From Amphiscolops sp. MND2022 (taxonomy: Eukaryota): a stretch of DNA of 64,000 nt. This document shows positions 13,131 to 25,559 of this stretch, one piece after another. The stretch lies in NCBI GenBank assembly GCA_964187785.1, contig OZ076409.1:15068001-15132000 (forward strand), in the 5' to 3' direction. Within the stretch, counting starts at the first letter, position 1, and each line of letters begins with the position of its first letter. The notes under the pieces are model-generated. The model was not told the DNA's origin. It was given only the letters and a program-made list of their open reading frames with translations, and made no database searches. The position numbers and the translations under genes were made by a program.

Positions 13131-15892
13131 TGACAGTGAGGATATGCTTCCTTCAATTTCTTGATGTTGTACGTTCGATTTCCTGCATTCACGTTGGGAT
13201 GACTATATGCCATGATATCTTCTTTGACCTTTCCGGCTTGATCTCCAATCTTGACTCGAAGTCGTTTGCTACTAATATCTGACGTTCCATGAATCCCTGC
13301 AACATTCAAATCCACTGGCTGTCCCGTCAGATTTAGCGTTTTCATAAGGCTCTCGTCCACAAAGGACAGGCTTGCTCCAGAGTCGCACAAAGCGAACGTT
13401 TTCAGAGTTTTGCTCTCACTCCCTATCGTTACTGGAATTACTGGAAGCACTCCACTGCTTTTCATTGATGACAAATTGGAGACCTCTTCGACATTTTCAA
13501 CATTTTGCTTTTGTTCCACGTTCTTGTATGGTCTGTGAAGCAATCTGTGATGAGGTTTTCCGCAACCATTCACGTCACAGAGTCTACCAGAGCAATTTCT
13601 CATCTGATGCGCGTCTGACAAACATTTGAAGCACAATTTCAACTCTTTCGCCTTTTGTCCTCTTTCTTCGACGTTCATCTTCTTGAACTTCTCACATTTC
13701 CATATTGGATGTTTGCCATCTTTCAGCGCTGCCTTTTCTTTGTAGCTCGACTTCGCGCGATCAGCATTCGGGTTTGAAGACAAAAGCAATTCATCCTGCA
13801 CATCTGCTATATCATTTAGCCATTCACTGAACACAGCGAGTCCAGGTTGATACAGGTTCATTTGCCTCACATGAGTGAGCCACTTCGTTTTCATGTCTAG
13901 CGTTAACTTCCTTGTGGCACTGCCCAGAACTCCTTCTGAGTTTAGGTCTCCCACGTAGTTGAATTGTGTCAAAACATTCACGCAACTCGACACTATTCTC
14001 GCAAACTTGATCAATGCGGCTCCATCATACGGTTTCATCGGTGGAAAGGAGTATATTCGCTTCAGCTGAGCATTCACAACCATTTGAGGTTTTCCAAAGT
14101 TTCGAACTAGAACGTTCCACGCCACATTGTACATCTCAGCGGTGTACCCAAGGCCAGCAATCGCCTCTTTGGCTTTGCCCGTTACCATTGTTTTTAGGTG
14201 ATTCATCTTTACACTGTCGTCTATGTTTGCTGCGTGGACGGTTGCTTGAAACAGTTGTGACCACTCTGGCCACTCTAATGGGTCACCTGAAAACTCTGTC
14301 AGCTTCAGTTTTGGCAAGCTGGATCTGATGAAATAGTCATCTCTTGCATTTGACACTATGTTATGCCCTTGACGAGGCAGATACGGCTTCTGCGTGTTCG
14401 CAAGCTGTGGTACTTGAAATGCACCACTCGGAATGCCTCCAAACTTAGGTGGTAACCGATTCTGGTCTGCACTGAGAGTCATCGACGGCTTCGATGAGGC
14501 GAATTTCACTTCTGGTTGTGCTGTTGCTCTTTGACTGCCCACATCTATGACAGTCTTTGTTCTGTCCTTTCCAATATCTCGCAGAGCGGTCTCTGTGGAC
14601 ATGACCGGTTTCAATGAGGACTTCAAGTCCCTCACTTGCGAGGAGCAATGTCCTCCTTGCATCGATTGTCCTGTAGTCACTGGTGCTGAGACGGACGTTT
14701 GCTGGTATACAGATGGCACGTTAATCGGCGATGCCACGTTTTCAGCTTCTTCGGTCTTGTCCATCCAATCTGAGACTTTCGTCAGATTGTCGTCTGGAGT
14801 CTCGACTGGTGAGATACTTCTGAAACTAGACCCACAACTACTCGGAACTTTCGCCATCTCTATTTCCTTTTCAGCAATTCTGGCCCTGCGGGCCACCTCT
14901 TCTTGCAAGTCTGCTATCTCCTTTTCTTTCGCCTCTCGTTCCAGTTGTTTTGCTTCTCGTTCCAGTTTCTCCAGGCGCTTTTGAAGTTCTTCGTGCTCTT
15001 TCAGAGCTTTCAGTTCTAAATGCATAATTCGTCTTGCACTTGATGTTTTTGAAATCACTGAGGTTTTGTTGCTTTTGGCTCTTTCACTTCGCGAATGTAT
15101 GCTCAATTCTTCTATTGGCAATGATCTAGCTCCATTTCTTGGCTCTTGACTGTCATCCGCGTTGTGACCATCATGTTCGTTTTGCTCATCGTCTGGTTGC
15201 GGCTCCTTTTGTGGTGAAGTGCCATTTTTACTTGATTTGTCTGCGGCTACGCTTGCGCGAACGTCTGCTAGTCTTTGTTCTGCGTCTTCAAGGCTTCGCA
15301 AAATGGCTCCAGTTTCTCCTGACTTCAGGAGAACTTCAATTTTCAGTTTGAGGTCAGACCTCTCTTGAAGCAATTCCTGACATGCTGCTGCATAATCTTC
15401 TTCGGCGTCCTCGCCGTTTTCAATTCGTTCGTCGCGCAACTTTTCGTTGTGGGCGATTCTTTCATCAATAGCACGTTTCTTCTCTTCAAGATCCAAATAG
15501 TTTAGTATCTGATTTTCATCTTGCAATGCTGACATCAGTATTATCACCCTTCCAGTGTTAGAGTCTTGTCGCTGCAACTCAACAAATCGGCTCTTCATCG
15601 CTTGGATCACTGTTGAGAACATTTCGGGTATCTGGGGTTGGTACTTGATTTTGATTGCATTTTGGATTGCCTTAAAGAGTCGTTCTCGCCTGTTTATGAC
15701 ATCTATTCGTCGTAACAGTAGCTCTGCTGTCTGTTTGTTGTCATCATTCCTAGCTAGGTTTTCATCAATTGCTCTGATCGTCTTGCCGTGCTCGCAAGCT
15801 GCATTCCAATGACTTACAATTTGGGCCGCGTCTGCAGAGTTCTTCAGAAAGTTTTCAACTTTGTTGATATCAAACCGTTTTGGTTGAGCCAT
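13124..15892 (-). CDS. gag: BEL-A gag-protease (922 aa), frameshifted relative to pol at ~13130
   Basis: Coiled-coil N-terminus, LPKLKLTEFSGDPLEWPEW, BEL triple knuckle (H-x4-C...CFKCL...H...C...CDVNGCGKPHHRLLH) and protease ALCDSGAS. Confidence 0.92.
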   Translation of the reverse strand: MAQPKRFDINKVENFLKNSADAAQIVSHWNAACEHGKTIRAIDENLARNDDNKQTAELLLRRIDVINRRERLFKAIQNAIKIKYQPQIPEMFSTVIQAMKSRFVELQRQDSNTGRVIILMSALQDENQILNYLDLEEKKRAIDERIAHNEKLRDERIENGEDAEEDYAAACQELLQERSDLKLKIEVLLKSGETGAILRSLEDAEQRLADVRASVAADKSSKNGTSPQKEPQPDDEQNEHDGHNADDSQEPRNGARSLPIEELSIHSRSERAKSNKTSVISKTSSARRIMHLELKALKEHEELQKRLEKLEREAKQLEREAKEKEIADLQEEVARRARIAEKEIEMAKVPSSCGSSFRSISPVETPDDNLTKVSDWMDKTEEAENVASPINVPSVYQQTSVSAPVTTGQSMQGGHCSSQVRDLKSSLKPVMSTETALRDIGKDRTKTVIDVGSQRATAQPEVKFASSKPSMTLSADQNRLPPKFGGIPSGAFQVPQLANTQKPYLPRQGHNIVSNARDDYFIRSSLPKLKLTEFSGDPLEWPEWSQLFQATVHAANIDDSVKMNHLKTMVTGKAKEAIAGLGYTAEMYNVAWNVLVRNFGKPQMVVNAQLKRIYSFPPMKPYDGAALIKFARIVSSCVNVLTQFNYVGDLNSEGVLGSATRKLTLDMKTKWLTHVRQMNLYQPGLAVFSEWLNDIADVQDELLLSSNPNADRAKSSYKEKAALKDGKHPIWKCEKFKKMNVEERGQKAKELKLCFKCLSDAHQMRNCSGRLCDVNGCGKPHHRLLHRPYKNVEQKQNVENVEEVSNLSSMKSSGVLPVIPVTIGSESKTLKTFALCDSGASLSFVDESLMKTLNLTGQPVDLNVAGIHGTSDISSKRLRVKIGDQAGKVKEDIMAYSHPNVNAGNRTYNIKKLKEAYPHCQC

Positions 15893-15917
15893 TTCTTCTC
15901 TTCTTGATTGAACTCAG

Positions 15918-16157
15918 TTCCCAAAGTCACAATAGCCCAAACTCCCAGAGACACAATAGCCCAATCTCCCAGAGACACAGTAGTCGAATCTCCCAGAGAC
16001 ACAATAGCCCAATCTCCCAGAGACACAGTAGCCCAATCTCCCAGAGACACAATAGCCCAAGCTCCCAGAGACACAATAGCCCAATCTCCCAGAGACACAA
16101 TAGCCCAATCTCCCAGAGACACAGTAGCCCAATCTCCCAGAGACACAGTAGAGACTC
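15918..16157. repeat. 24-bp tandem array (~10 units, CTCCCAGAGACACAATAGCCCAAT) in the BEL-A 5' leader
   Basis: Directly visible. It produces the 8-aa-periodic ORFs in the track and lies between the PBS and the gag ATG. Confidence 0.95.
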
Positions 16158-16227
16158 CAAGATCCAGACACTTGTTCTTCTTGGGCAATCTTCTCAGTTG
16201 TCCACCAACGAGTCGTCTTCTTCTAGT

Positions 16228-16243
16228 CCGGGTCGGCGGACCA
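16228..16243 (-). promoter_or_regulatory. BEL-A primer binding site TGGTCCGCCGACCCGG
   Basis: Begins 2 nt after the CA end of the 5' LTR. TGGTCC start is typical of BEL/Pao. Confidence 0.75.
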
Positions 16244-16245
16244 AA

Positions 16246-17194
16246 TGTAACGGCTGCTTGCCCTTATCCTGCGCTGAGGCTTGACAAACTTTACGCCGCC
16301 CTGATCCCTTGCTTAGTACTGTGGACCGTTACTAAACAAATCCTGGTTTTCTTGTTTTGAAGGACTGTATCTTTTGGCTGGTGGGCCCGATGTGACCCGT
16401 GGAATCTCCTGAGATTCCGCTTTGCACTGATTTGGATCCGATGTGATCCTTAACACACTTCCCTCACAGTATCTTCACGCGCTCCGGCTCTCCAACTATG
16501 AGAGTAGCTACTTAGTCGCTCTAACTCTAGCGAAAAGTTGTGAAGATTGAGAAGTTGATTTATTAGTCTCGCGGTCCTGAGACCCAACTTGACTATAGCT
16601 ATTCAGTGGAGAAAATCTCTATCTAATAATGGTATACATATCGTTTACAATTCTACAGTAAATATAAGCAAATATCAGTTGAAATATGTTGTATAAATAA
16701 ATGACATTTAAAGCATAAAATGAAGTTATTGGCTAAGTAAACAAACGATGTGGTGGTTTTGGCATGTTGGTCAGGTGGGGTAAAAGGTATGTTTACACAA
16801 TGTAAATATCATTAATTTCAACAGAGTTACATTTCCTTCAAGGTCATATGAGAAAATAACATAATAATTAATACATCAAAATTGGGTAATTCATGGGGTC
16901 CGACCTAGGTCACTTTGGGTGTTAATTGCTCGGAACCCAGAGAAGATACGGGGTTCGGTGTTTCGAGTGAAAAGTTAGCGTAGCACCACTACTATACGTG
17001 TGCCAAGTTTCAAGGTGATTGAATGAGTGGTTTACCGGGACGGGGGGTGGCCCTTTTTACATAGGGTCATTTTTGCTGAGACTTGTATTTTTCCAACTTA
17101 AATCTTGATAAAGTTTCTAAGTGTTTTGAGTTATAAGTTTCATCAGTCACGTTCGAGTTTGAGTTTCTGATCTCGCAATTGACTGGCGCCAACA
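16246..17194 (-). repeat. BEL-A 5' LTR (949 bp)
   Basis: Direct repeat of 8668-9618 with TG...CA termini. Confidence 0.96.
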
Positions 17195-17744
17195 AGAATC
17201 TTGAACTTTCCGATTCCCTCCTAATGAATTCATGATATAAGAACAACTGGGATTAGTTAGTCAACGTGGTCGCGACGTAGCGTTGACCAGAAATTTGGAA
17301 AGAATCTTAGCTAGCTAACGTAGCTGTGACGTAGTATTGACCAAGAATTTGGACTGAACTCTAGCTAGCTAACGTAGTTTTGACGTCACGGTTATTTGCA
17401 TACACTGGTTACTACAGTCATATTTGTTTGTTTAACGACGCAAAGACGTCTCATTTGGCGGCCCAAGAAGCTATCGCTTTGTGTGCCATCTCAATGCATT
17501 TTATTTTAGGTTTCGATTGAGGTTTTGCTTTGATTGGAGTTCGTCTCCATTTCGGAGTATGCTTTAGTTTCAAACTTCAGGTGGTGAATGTTTCAGAATT
17601 ATGACAAGACTTAAACGTCTTGATAGAAATACGTGAAAACATTTTAGCTTAAGTCAGTTTCCGGATTTCACTTCTGTTTCAAGGCAATTTAGATTGGAAG
17701 ATATTTTAGTTTTAGTCACAGTCTATGCTTTAATATTGTAAGTT

Positions 17745-18377
17745 TTAAAGTCCAAAATACCTTTTCGTTAGCTTCGCAGTGCATCCGTGACCTCTGCCGT
17801 AGCCAATCCGTCTACATCCGCATTCCAGTCCGGGAGCGGACTGTGACAGGGCAACTGTCATGGGTCGAGCAGCATACCCAGGTTGACGAACTTGGAACGA
17901 ATTGCGTAGGAGATGGCTGCAGCTGCTCTTTATTGGAGAGATGTTCACTGTTCTCTTTGCTTCTAGATCATTTAGCGGGCTCACCGACTTCGGGACTAAT
18001 TTCTTTAGCGGGCCCGGAGGAAAGACGAAATAAGAGATTGAGTCTTCTCGTGCTATTTGTTCTAAGTATTCTGTTACGGTCTCGCTAGTTACTGAGCGTG
18101 GGTTGGGTCGTTTATGATTTTCAACTATGAAGATTTCCGAATTAGTTAAGACATCCGTTCTGGCTTCTTCGATTTCTTCATCCGGGCTTTCCGGGCTCTC
18201 AACTATTTCGCCGTCTTCGCAACTTTCGGTAGACGAAGGGTATTCGCCAGATTCTACTGATACGAAACTATTACTTAATCTGAATCGTTTACAATTCGTT
18301 TCAAGGGAATCAAGAGACGAGTTGATGTCTTCCCCATAGTCAGCGTTGGCCTCGACGGAAGAATGGGATATTTCCAA
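17745..18377 (-). CDS. Unknown acidic/Ser-rich 210-codon ORF, probably a Gypsy-A LTR-associated accessory ORF
   Basis: Open frame in Gypsy-A orientation, upstream of gag once BEL-A is removed. No ATG at the 5' end and no recognisable domain. Confidence 0.35.
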   Translation of the reverse strand: MEISHSSVEANADYGEDINSSLDSLETNCKRFRLSNSFVSVESGEYPSSTESCEDGEIVESPESPDEEIEEARTDVLTNSEIFIVENHKRPNPRSVTSETVTEYLEQIAREDSISYFVFPPGPLKKLVPKSVSPLNDLEAKRTVNISPIKSSCSHLLRNSFQVRQPGYAARPMTVALSQSAPGLECGCRRIGYGRGHGCTAKLTKRYFGL

Positions 18378-21213
18378 AGTTACCCTGAGATTTGGTAAAA
18401 CGGATTTCCGGAACTCTGAGAAGCAGGATTGTGTGGGTTGGAGTTTGGCACTGAACCAAAGTTGTTAATGCTGACAAAAGTATAGTGGAGACCAAAGGGT
18501 CCCCCGTTGGGTGTTTTGGTCACTATGCCACTTTTCAAGATTTTTTGAAACCTAAATCCCCTCATCGATTTTCAGCAGGAACAAAGCAATTTGCGAGCTT
18601 AGATGGGCACGTTAGGTTTTTCGGCACTATGTGGCTTACCACCGAAGTAAAAAAAATCGAAAACAATTTTCTTCACAATTTTTGGGTTTACTGAGTTTTC
18701 AGTTTTGAAAAATGCTTCCTGAGCCTTGGGGGAACTCTTTGTTAATTAATCCTGTGGAGTTGATGCGTTTTCCCAATTATTGTGGAAAAGACACTTTTCC
18801 AACTTTTTTCGGCTTTGTGCAACTCTTTTCCCGAAACTTTCATTTGGTTTGAGGGTACCCCCTCAGATTCCTAACTAATTTCGACTTGAAAAAAGTAGTT
18901 TTGCGAGATAAAAGCTCCCTTTTTCGCACTTCGAGATTTTTTCCAGTGTTTTTTGGCATTGTAAATTCGATGAACTTTTTGCAATTGTGTTACTTCCCAG
19001 GTTTAAGGAAACTATTTTTTCAACCTTGAACGGGGCGCCGAATTGGGTCATTCCCGGCCTGTTTCTGAATTTAAAAATTAAGGATGGCTAGCAAAGATCA
19101 CGAATATTTCTGTTTTGTGCTTGGCCAAACCGTATTGGGTCTGGAAATAACGTCAAAACTTCGTTTCAAGTTAACTTTCGCCAGGAAACAACTTCGATCA
19201 GAAAACAATTTTGATTGTGAAACTAGATACTTTTTAAACTCCTCTTTTCCTGGCGAAACGTATACAACTCAACACGGGCTTAATATGAATAGTTCGTGTT
19301 CAACTCAATTTTCATCGTTCAGTAAGTAACTTCAGAACAGCTCCAATAAAATTTTTTTGAAAAAATACCAAAGTTTAAGGGCAAGATCGATTTAGGGGAT
19401 CGCGGTTTACCCAGCGGTCGCGCGTTGGAATCCTTCCTTCAGCCAGCAATTTTTTCGTTCTTTTGCATTTCACTAAAAAAAGAGGAGACGGAGTTTCGAA
19501 AATATTACGCTAAACCCGATATACATCCGAACTATTTTGCGTTTTACTATGCGACTACCTTTCTTAACGAAAGTACGAAATCTTTGGCCATGACGGCTTC
19601 AGACTAGGAAATCTCTGGACCAGGCTTGAACCCTGCCTGTGAAATCTCTCACCAAGACCTAACCCCAAACTACGAAACGTCTGATAACTAAATTGTTCAG
19701 TCATCACTTGAAACCGTTTTGCTTAAGAAACTGAGAACTATAAAACTAGCAAGACTTTGAGCGAGAATCAATGAACTCCAAGCTTCCTCTTCTCGTGCAG
19801 TAATGCTTGTCCCGGTCACGGGGAATGTTCGGCACAGGTTATACATGGCACTTTACTTCCATTGCACTCGAACTTTCCAGGTGTGGTTTTTGAACTCTGA
19901 GAGGCTCGTGTGTCAAATCTACCTTGTTTTGACGAAAGAAGTTAGAAAGTGCTGGTAACCCGGAATGCTCTAATATAATGTATTGGTGTTTCTGCATGTA
20001 GAAGGATGTTGCTGGAATTTTCCTTTTTCCAACCTTGTATTGAGCTCTGTAGTTGATTGGCGGGTTGTGAGGCAAGTTGGATACTTTTGGGTACAAAATA
20101 CAAACGAATACAAACAATAAATCTGAAAGATTTATTTGATTGGAATTGATTTTTTTTCGATTGTTGAATTAGTACTACTAATGGAAATGTCCATTATATC
20201 TAATGTTTAAAATTTCCTCAAATTGTACAAACGATGCAACTTTTGTGAGGATTTTTTTGATAAATTCGCATGATTGGAGAAATTGTCTAATGTTTGTCGC
20301 AGGCTGCTGCCTGTGACGGTAACGTTTATCAAATTCCGGCTGAAGACGACCTAACAAACCCCCCACAAGGAGTATAGCCTATTTAAACCACGCAAACACC
20401 CTGTTCTTGCAGCTACATAAAAAGTGAGTCCCTCCTGGAGACGCCCTATTTAAACCGTGTGGACCTTCAGTCCGTAGGGTCACACTAGAATTAGTATTTT
20501 TGATTTTTCAAAACTGCAATTTATTCCCTAATATTTCTTACTGTGCCTTATGTAATGTTGAATTAGTGTGGATGAGTAACGTGATTAATTTAATTACAGA
20601 AGGTATTTAAATTAGATTGAATGAATTTTTAAACAGTACTCAGTTATACTGTGAGAAGGAAACTAGTTCATGTATTCTACTGCTGTTGAATATTGTAGTC
20701 GCTGTCCAACTCTAAACAACCAATGAGAGTGGAGCTATTTTAGGTACTTCTTCTGGCCGGACAGACTTAACGTCCGTCACGGAATTATTACAACGCTCAT
20801 TGTTTGCTCTAGTATTTAACTGACATGTAGTGTTGCTACCAGTAAAATAAATATGTAATTAGTGCATTTAAGTTTCCATGTGAACTTCAGGCCTGTAGGC
20901 CAAGCCACTTTTCCATCTATACCCTTTGATGCTATTTCTATATCATGACCACGCGGTGACGTACTTCTTACGTCACCCCAAAAGGGCTATTTTTCAGAAG
21001 ACTGACAAGCATAAATTTGCTTGTCATGGTCCGCTAATGATAAATATCGGGAACTGATTGTCAATGGAACAGAATTCTGATTTGCGATAAACAAGTCAAA
21101 TGCTATTGATTCCACTGCTATCGTTTGATTATCTATCTTCTCTTAGCACCTTTTGATTGATACGATTACTACAATGGTCCTACAATAAACTATTGAAATC
21201 AACACTATCACGA

Positions 21214-21790
21214 ATGCCCTCTGTCAGGAAGCAAAGGGCAAGAGAAAAGCGCTCTAGACAATCGGACGTAATGTCTGATTTAGAAAACGTAGATTTAATG
21301 CTGGAAAGAACTGATGTGAGAATTGAGGGGAGAATGAAAGTAATGTAAATTTGGACCTAGAGTCTAATAGACTACAGCGAAAAACAAATTCAGTAAGTGA
21401 TGGTTTCAGATCACTACTTAGTACAACTTGCAGAGAAAGAGTGAAATGGCTATTGAAACAACTAAATTGATTGATCAACAGATTACAAATCAAGTTACTG
21501 GAAGACTTGATAAGATAGGATCTGGTTTAAATTCTCAAATACTAGAAGGAATCGATTCCACAATCACTGAGAAGGTACTTCCAGGTATTCAAGATACGCT
21601 TTGTAGGCAGGAAAAGGAAATACCACCTTGGTGGACCGTCGGTACGGTGGGCTACATACGATTCCCAAAGTCAGAAACGCCCAGGAAACACTAGAATACC
21701 GTCCTCGAACTAGACCTAAACTCAGTAATCGGATTAACTCAACCAGAGATTACTATGTAGAGTCCCAGAGCAGTGAAATTGATTACGACA
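21214..21790 (+). pseudogene. Degenerate LTR-encoded gag N-terminus of the same Gypsy lineage (probable solo-LTR remnant)
   Basis: MPSVRKQRAREKRSRQSDVMSDLENVDLML aligns with MPSTRRQKAKARKSREMDMLSDIENMDVML (39114). Similarity ends near GATTACGACA, with no PBS following. Confidence 0.65.
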
Positions 21791-22199
21791 ATAGACAATG
21801 CTCCAATCCAAAAAATACAAACAAAAGTCCGCGACAACTTTGTTCGATCAACAGTTGCGAGATTTTTTCACTTTGTTCTGAATAATAGCTGTGCTCAAAC
21901 TGAGAAATCTTTGGCTCTTTTGGGCTCGACTACAAAATCTGTGTTATCTTTGTGCTCCAGCACTGACGCATGACGAAATGTTTGATCTACCTCTTCCAAA
22001 AATCCATCCTTGTCAAAAAGCTTCCGGTGTAAGACCTTCTGGGCTCTTCCTGTCTGCAAAAATAAAAATTGGTACTTACGTACTCCTACTGCTGACCCGC
22101 GCATGCTAACCACTTGATGCAGAGAAAATTTCCATGATTTGAGTGAAAAATTGAGAGCGGTCGTCAATGTGGGAGTTTTTAAGGCAAAAAATACTCATA

Positions 22200-23600
22200 A
22201 GTTTACCATGAAAAACTTGGAAGAATTGGCTTTAAGACAAACCTGGAGCTATACTCAGGGAGAGACGATTGAACGAAAATGCTTCTACAGTGACAAACCC
22301 GAGATTCGACGCAAATGATATGCATAACATGGGTCCTTCCGTATTCAAAACTGAGCAGTCTAGCGGAGTTCACGCATCATATATTGAGAATGTGAACTCA
22401 AAAATCGAAGGTTTCCCGCTCCGTTCCTGTCAAAAGAAAGTGTTTAGTCAAACTATAAACCCGGTTACACAAAAAGAACTAGTCTTAGGCGACACCACAT
22501 TCATAAACGATCAAATGGAACATAACTATCATATTGTGAGTGGAGCCAACAACCAACAACGGCTTAGACAGGGATCACATAACTCATAGCTTCTAAATGA
22601 AACAACACAGCCCCTTTTGCAGCTGACAACACAGAAACACAAGTTAACCCAGTGAACAAAATTGCTATGGCAACAGTGAAACTGGACAACAAAACTTCTC
22701 GAACACCATTTTTGCACCCAAAAACACTAACACTCAACGGGAAAAAGACAAAAACGTTAACGTTGAAATTTTCAAAGAAATGTCTCATAAAAACCTCTGT
22801 ATGCAGTCCAAACAAGCCGATTAAGTGAAAATTATTCAAATCCACACACAGCTCAGAGATTTGACGCTTAAATCATTCAAAAACAAACTAAAAATCTCAC
22901 CATTTCTTCAGAAGGCATTCTAATAATCAGTTGGAGATAAGACGTGTAACCGGAATAAAGTGCCTCTTTAAAACACAGACTCCACTAACTAACCTTTGAC
23001 ACCAGGAAATCAAATCTGCTACATTGCACCCAAGCTCAATCAACCAAGCCTATGTGAACACAGCTCATACGATCAAATAGCTAGACGTCTAGTATCAAAA
23101 ATGAACTCAATGGACTCGAAGCAGATAAAATCTCAGTTAAAACGCTGGTGACCTCCACGAAGAAACAAATAAACACTGAAAAACTCACAAGCAATGAAAA
23201 AACGCGAAGCACAACTTATGAAAGCTGTACTAAAAAACACTGCAAGACGACCAAAGTCGCTATTGTTAAGACACTGATCTAAACATTTTACTAATGATTA
23301 CCATAAATGAGCACAACAACTAAATTTTGCAGAAGATCCCAGTACATCGAATAGTTTAATTTGAATAACAACAGAGCTTGAAGCAAATCAAAACGCTATT
23401 AAAGGACTCATATGGAACTCCAGCACCAAAATGGAATTTTATTGGAGCGCTAAAGAAAACTTTCAAGGCGCAAAGAACAAATACTCTCAAAACCGAACCT
23501 CATTTGCAATCCTCATCAAAAGATTCGAATCAGAATCGTCAGACCTTCACAAAAAACATCAAAAACCTTTGAATCAAAATCCTCATATGAAGTCTGGTTG
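22200..23600 (+). pseudogene. Highly decayed gag remnant of the same Gypsy lineage
   Basis: HNYHIVSGA resembles SHYMVTGA (LTR/PBS junction). VNPVNKIA resembles QDPLNRLA and TLTLNGK resembles PMTFDGK. Confidence 0.5.
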
Positions 23601-23959
23601 CGCCTGATGGAAACAATACATATTCAAGTTAAACATCTTACTAGATAACTTGGGTTACCAAACCCACCAGCAGACAACTTTTTGGTACAGGAAAGTCCCA
23701 AAACACGTACGCAGACTTCATACAGAAGCGCACACATAAGCAAATCACCACAAAACACCAACCAACACTAAAAATTATTTTCTTATTAAAGCTAAAAACA
23801 TGACAATTCTTATTAAAGCAATGACAGGTTTTTGCTTCTGTATATGTTTCTAGCGCTGTTTTGAACGGTTTATTCATTCCGGCGATATTCACTTGCATTA
23901 TGGCCTCATTCATGGATGAGTTGATTTACGCTTACTAGTTTCGTTTGCATTGGTTGCGA

Positions 23960-25400
23960 TGGTGTCAGAGGTCTGCTCTTGTAAAATTTGTCAGTAGTTT
24001 GTAGGAAGACCGGACAATTGCAAGACGATGCGAATTGGTTTTCATAGCAGTTAGCACAAATTTCTTCGTTAAAGGTGTTTGACAATCTTTGGTGCTGTGT
24101 TGTTGTGCACTCTTCCCGCAATTTGTCGCGAGTTTACAAGAACTGGCTATGTGACCATTTTTTTGTCATTTAGAGCATCTAGTCACTGTTAGTTCTTCAT
24201 TCATAATTTTTTGGTCGGAAGAATTGGTTCGCGATGAATAACCCAGTTGCAATTGCTCGTTGTTGAACTTCCTTTGTGGTGAAGACGGCTTTAACTGTAT
24301 TAAGAATTTTAACGTCCTTTTTGATGAAGCGTTTTACCGTGAGTTCGTCTTTCTGGATGTTGAGTTATTGTCCGATCCTATGTCTTCTTCGCTCCATTTG
24401 GGATCTGTTTTTTTAATATTCGACGGCATTTGATACTTGCCATTTGGTCTATCCACTTCAGCGGAAGAATGAAGGGTTCCAGTTTAATGATATGTTTTCA
24501 GCCACTTCTGCTGTCTCAAATTTGAGGTGGATTTTTCCACGATTGTTCCTGAAGGCATGGATTGAATGTTGCTTGGGGAAACATCTTGCGAACTCTCTTT
24601 TGATCTCCATGCTATTTGCGAGTTTAAATTGGTCCGTGTTGTCTAGAAGGAGGATCTGGTCTTTTGTGGTGTTGTTGCTTTGGAGGACTGGTCCATTGTT
24701 TCCTATGTTTCTACTCGGCACTGCAGTGAAAGTGCGAATTCCGTTGTCTGTTTAGCCAGGTTCTCTGAGGCTCCTGATTTGGCTTAGGTTCATGATTATT
24801 TCGGCGAACATTAGTTTCTTCTCATACACTCTCCACTTGAACGTAGTACAGGCATTTGAAACTTCGTCTACGTTTTGCATAGTGTTTTTGGACGTTTCCT
24901 CGAAATATGAGATGCAGTGAGACACCATGCTTTTCATGGCTGTGGTGTTTTTCTCTAGTTCCGATCTGACGTTATGAACACCACAGGTCAATAACGTCTT
25001 TAATTCAGGTCTGCGTTGCGAACAAAAGCACATAGCTCCCTCCCTCTTCTCGATCGTTTTTACTGCAGTGTTCAGGATGCCTGCACATGTTGCATGATTC
25101 CATCTTTCACAGCGTCGCAATATATTGATTGTTCAGTTCCGATAATGTTGGTGCAGGGTGCACGGGCTATGTTTTTGTGTACCTTTGTTTTCTCGTCTGT
25201 CCATTTTTCCAACCGAGTCAGGCAACTCCGGGATAGATATATCCCCTCAGAGTCAGCAGTTCGGCCTGAGAAAAAAACTTCCGAGCTTCCTTTGACTTCT
25301 TGTTCTTTCGTCCAATGCTGTTGTTCTGGTTTGCCTGATTCAGGCAACTTTTATGTATGAGGCTCTTCAAGTTTTGATCTCGTCTAGAAATCATTGGTAA
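23960..25400 (-). mobile_element. Decayed non-LTR (LINE) ORF1 with PHD finger
   Basis: PHD remnant CERWNHATCAGI...MCFCSQ. GKIHLKFETAEVAENISLNWNPSFF is similar to GKMHLEFLSPEEADEVLDNWRPNYF at ~28800. Confidence 0.7.
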
Positions 25401-25559
25401 GCTTGTATTCGATCGTTACTTTTGGGTGGGTGTTGGTGAGTTTCTTCACGATTGTGTAGTTTTTAAGGGTCCTTTTTGTCAATGGGTTTTTGCGAACTTG
25501 AACAACCAAGATTTTTGAGACTGTAATAATTTCAGAAGATTCGGGGATAGTTTTTCTGC

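Larger units (their letters stand above)
8668..17194 (-). mobile_element. Full-length young BEL/Pao LTR retrotransposon (BEL-A)
   Basis: Near-identical TG...CA LTRs at 8668-9618 and 16246-17194. 5-bp TSD AGAAT at 8663-8667 and 17195-17199. BEL-type gag-PR-RT-RH-INT. Confidence 0.97.
1..18380 (-). mobile_element. Decayed Ty3/Gypsy LTR retrotransposon (Gypsy-A), 3' end outside the window; 5' LTR region interrupted by a BEL/Pao element; right boundary approximate
   Basis: Minus-strand gag, PR, RT, RNaseH and INT fragments in Gypsy order. LTR/PBS junction ...GTAACA|TGGTGACAGGAG at 7125/7124. Proteins are clearly homologous to the element at 37914-53858. Confidence 0.85.

Noticed and set aside
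15844..16360. CRISPR array or repeat proteins at the 24-bp repeat
   Set aside because: Head-to-tail units without unique spacers, no cas genes and a eukaryotic retroelement context. The ORFs are by-products of a stop-free unit whose length is a multiple of 3.
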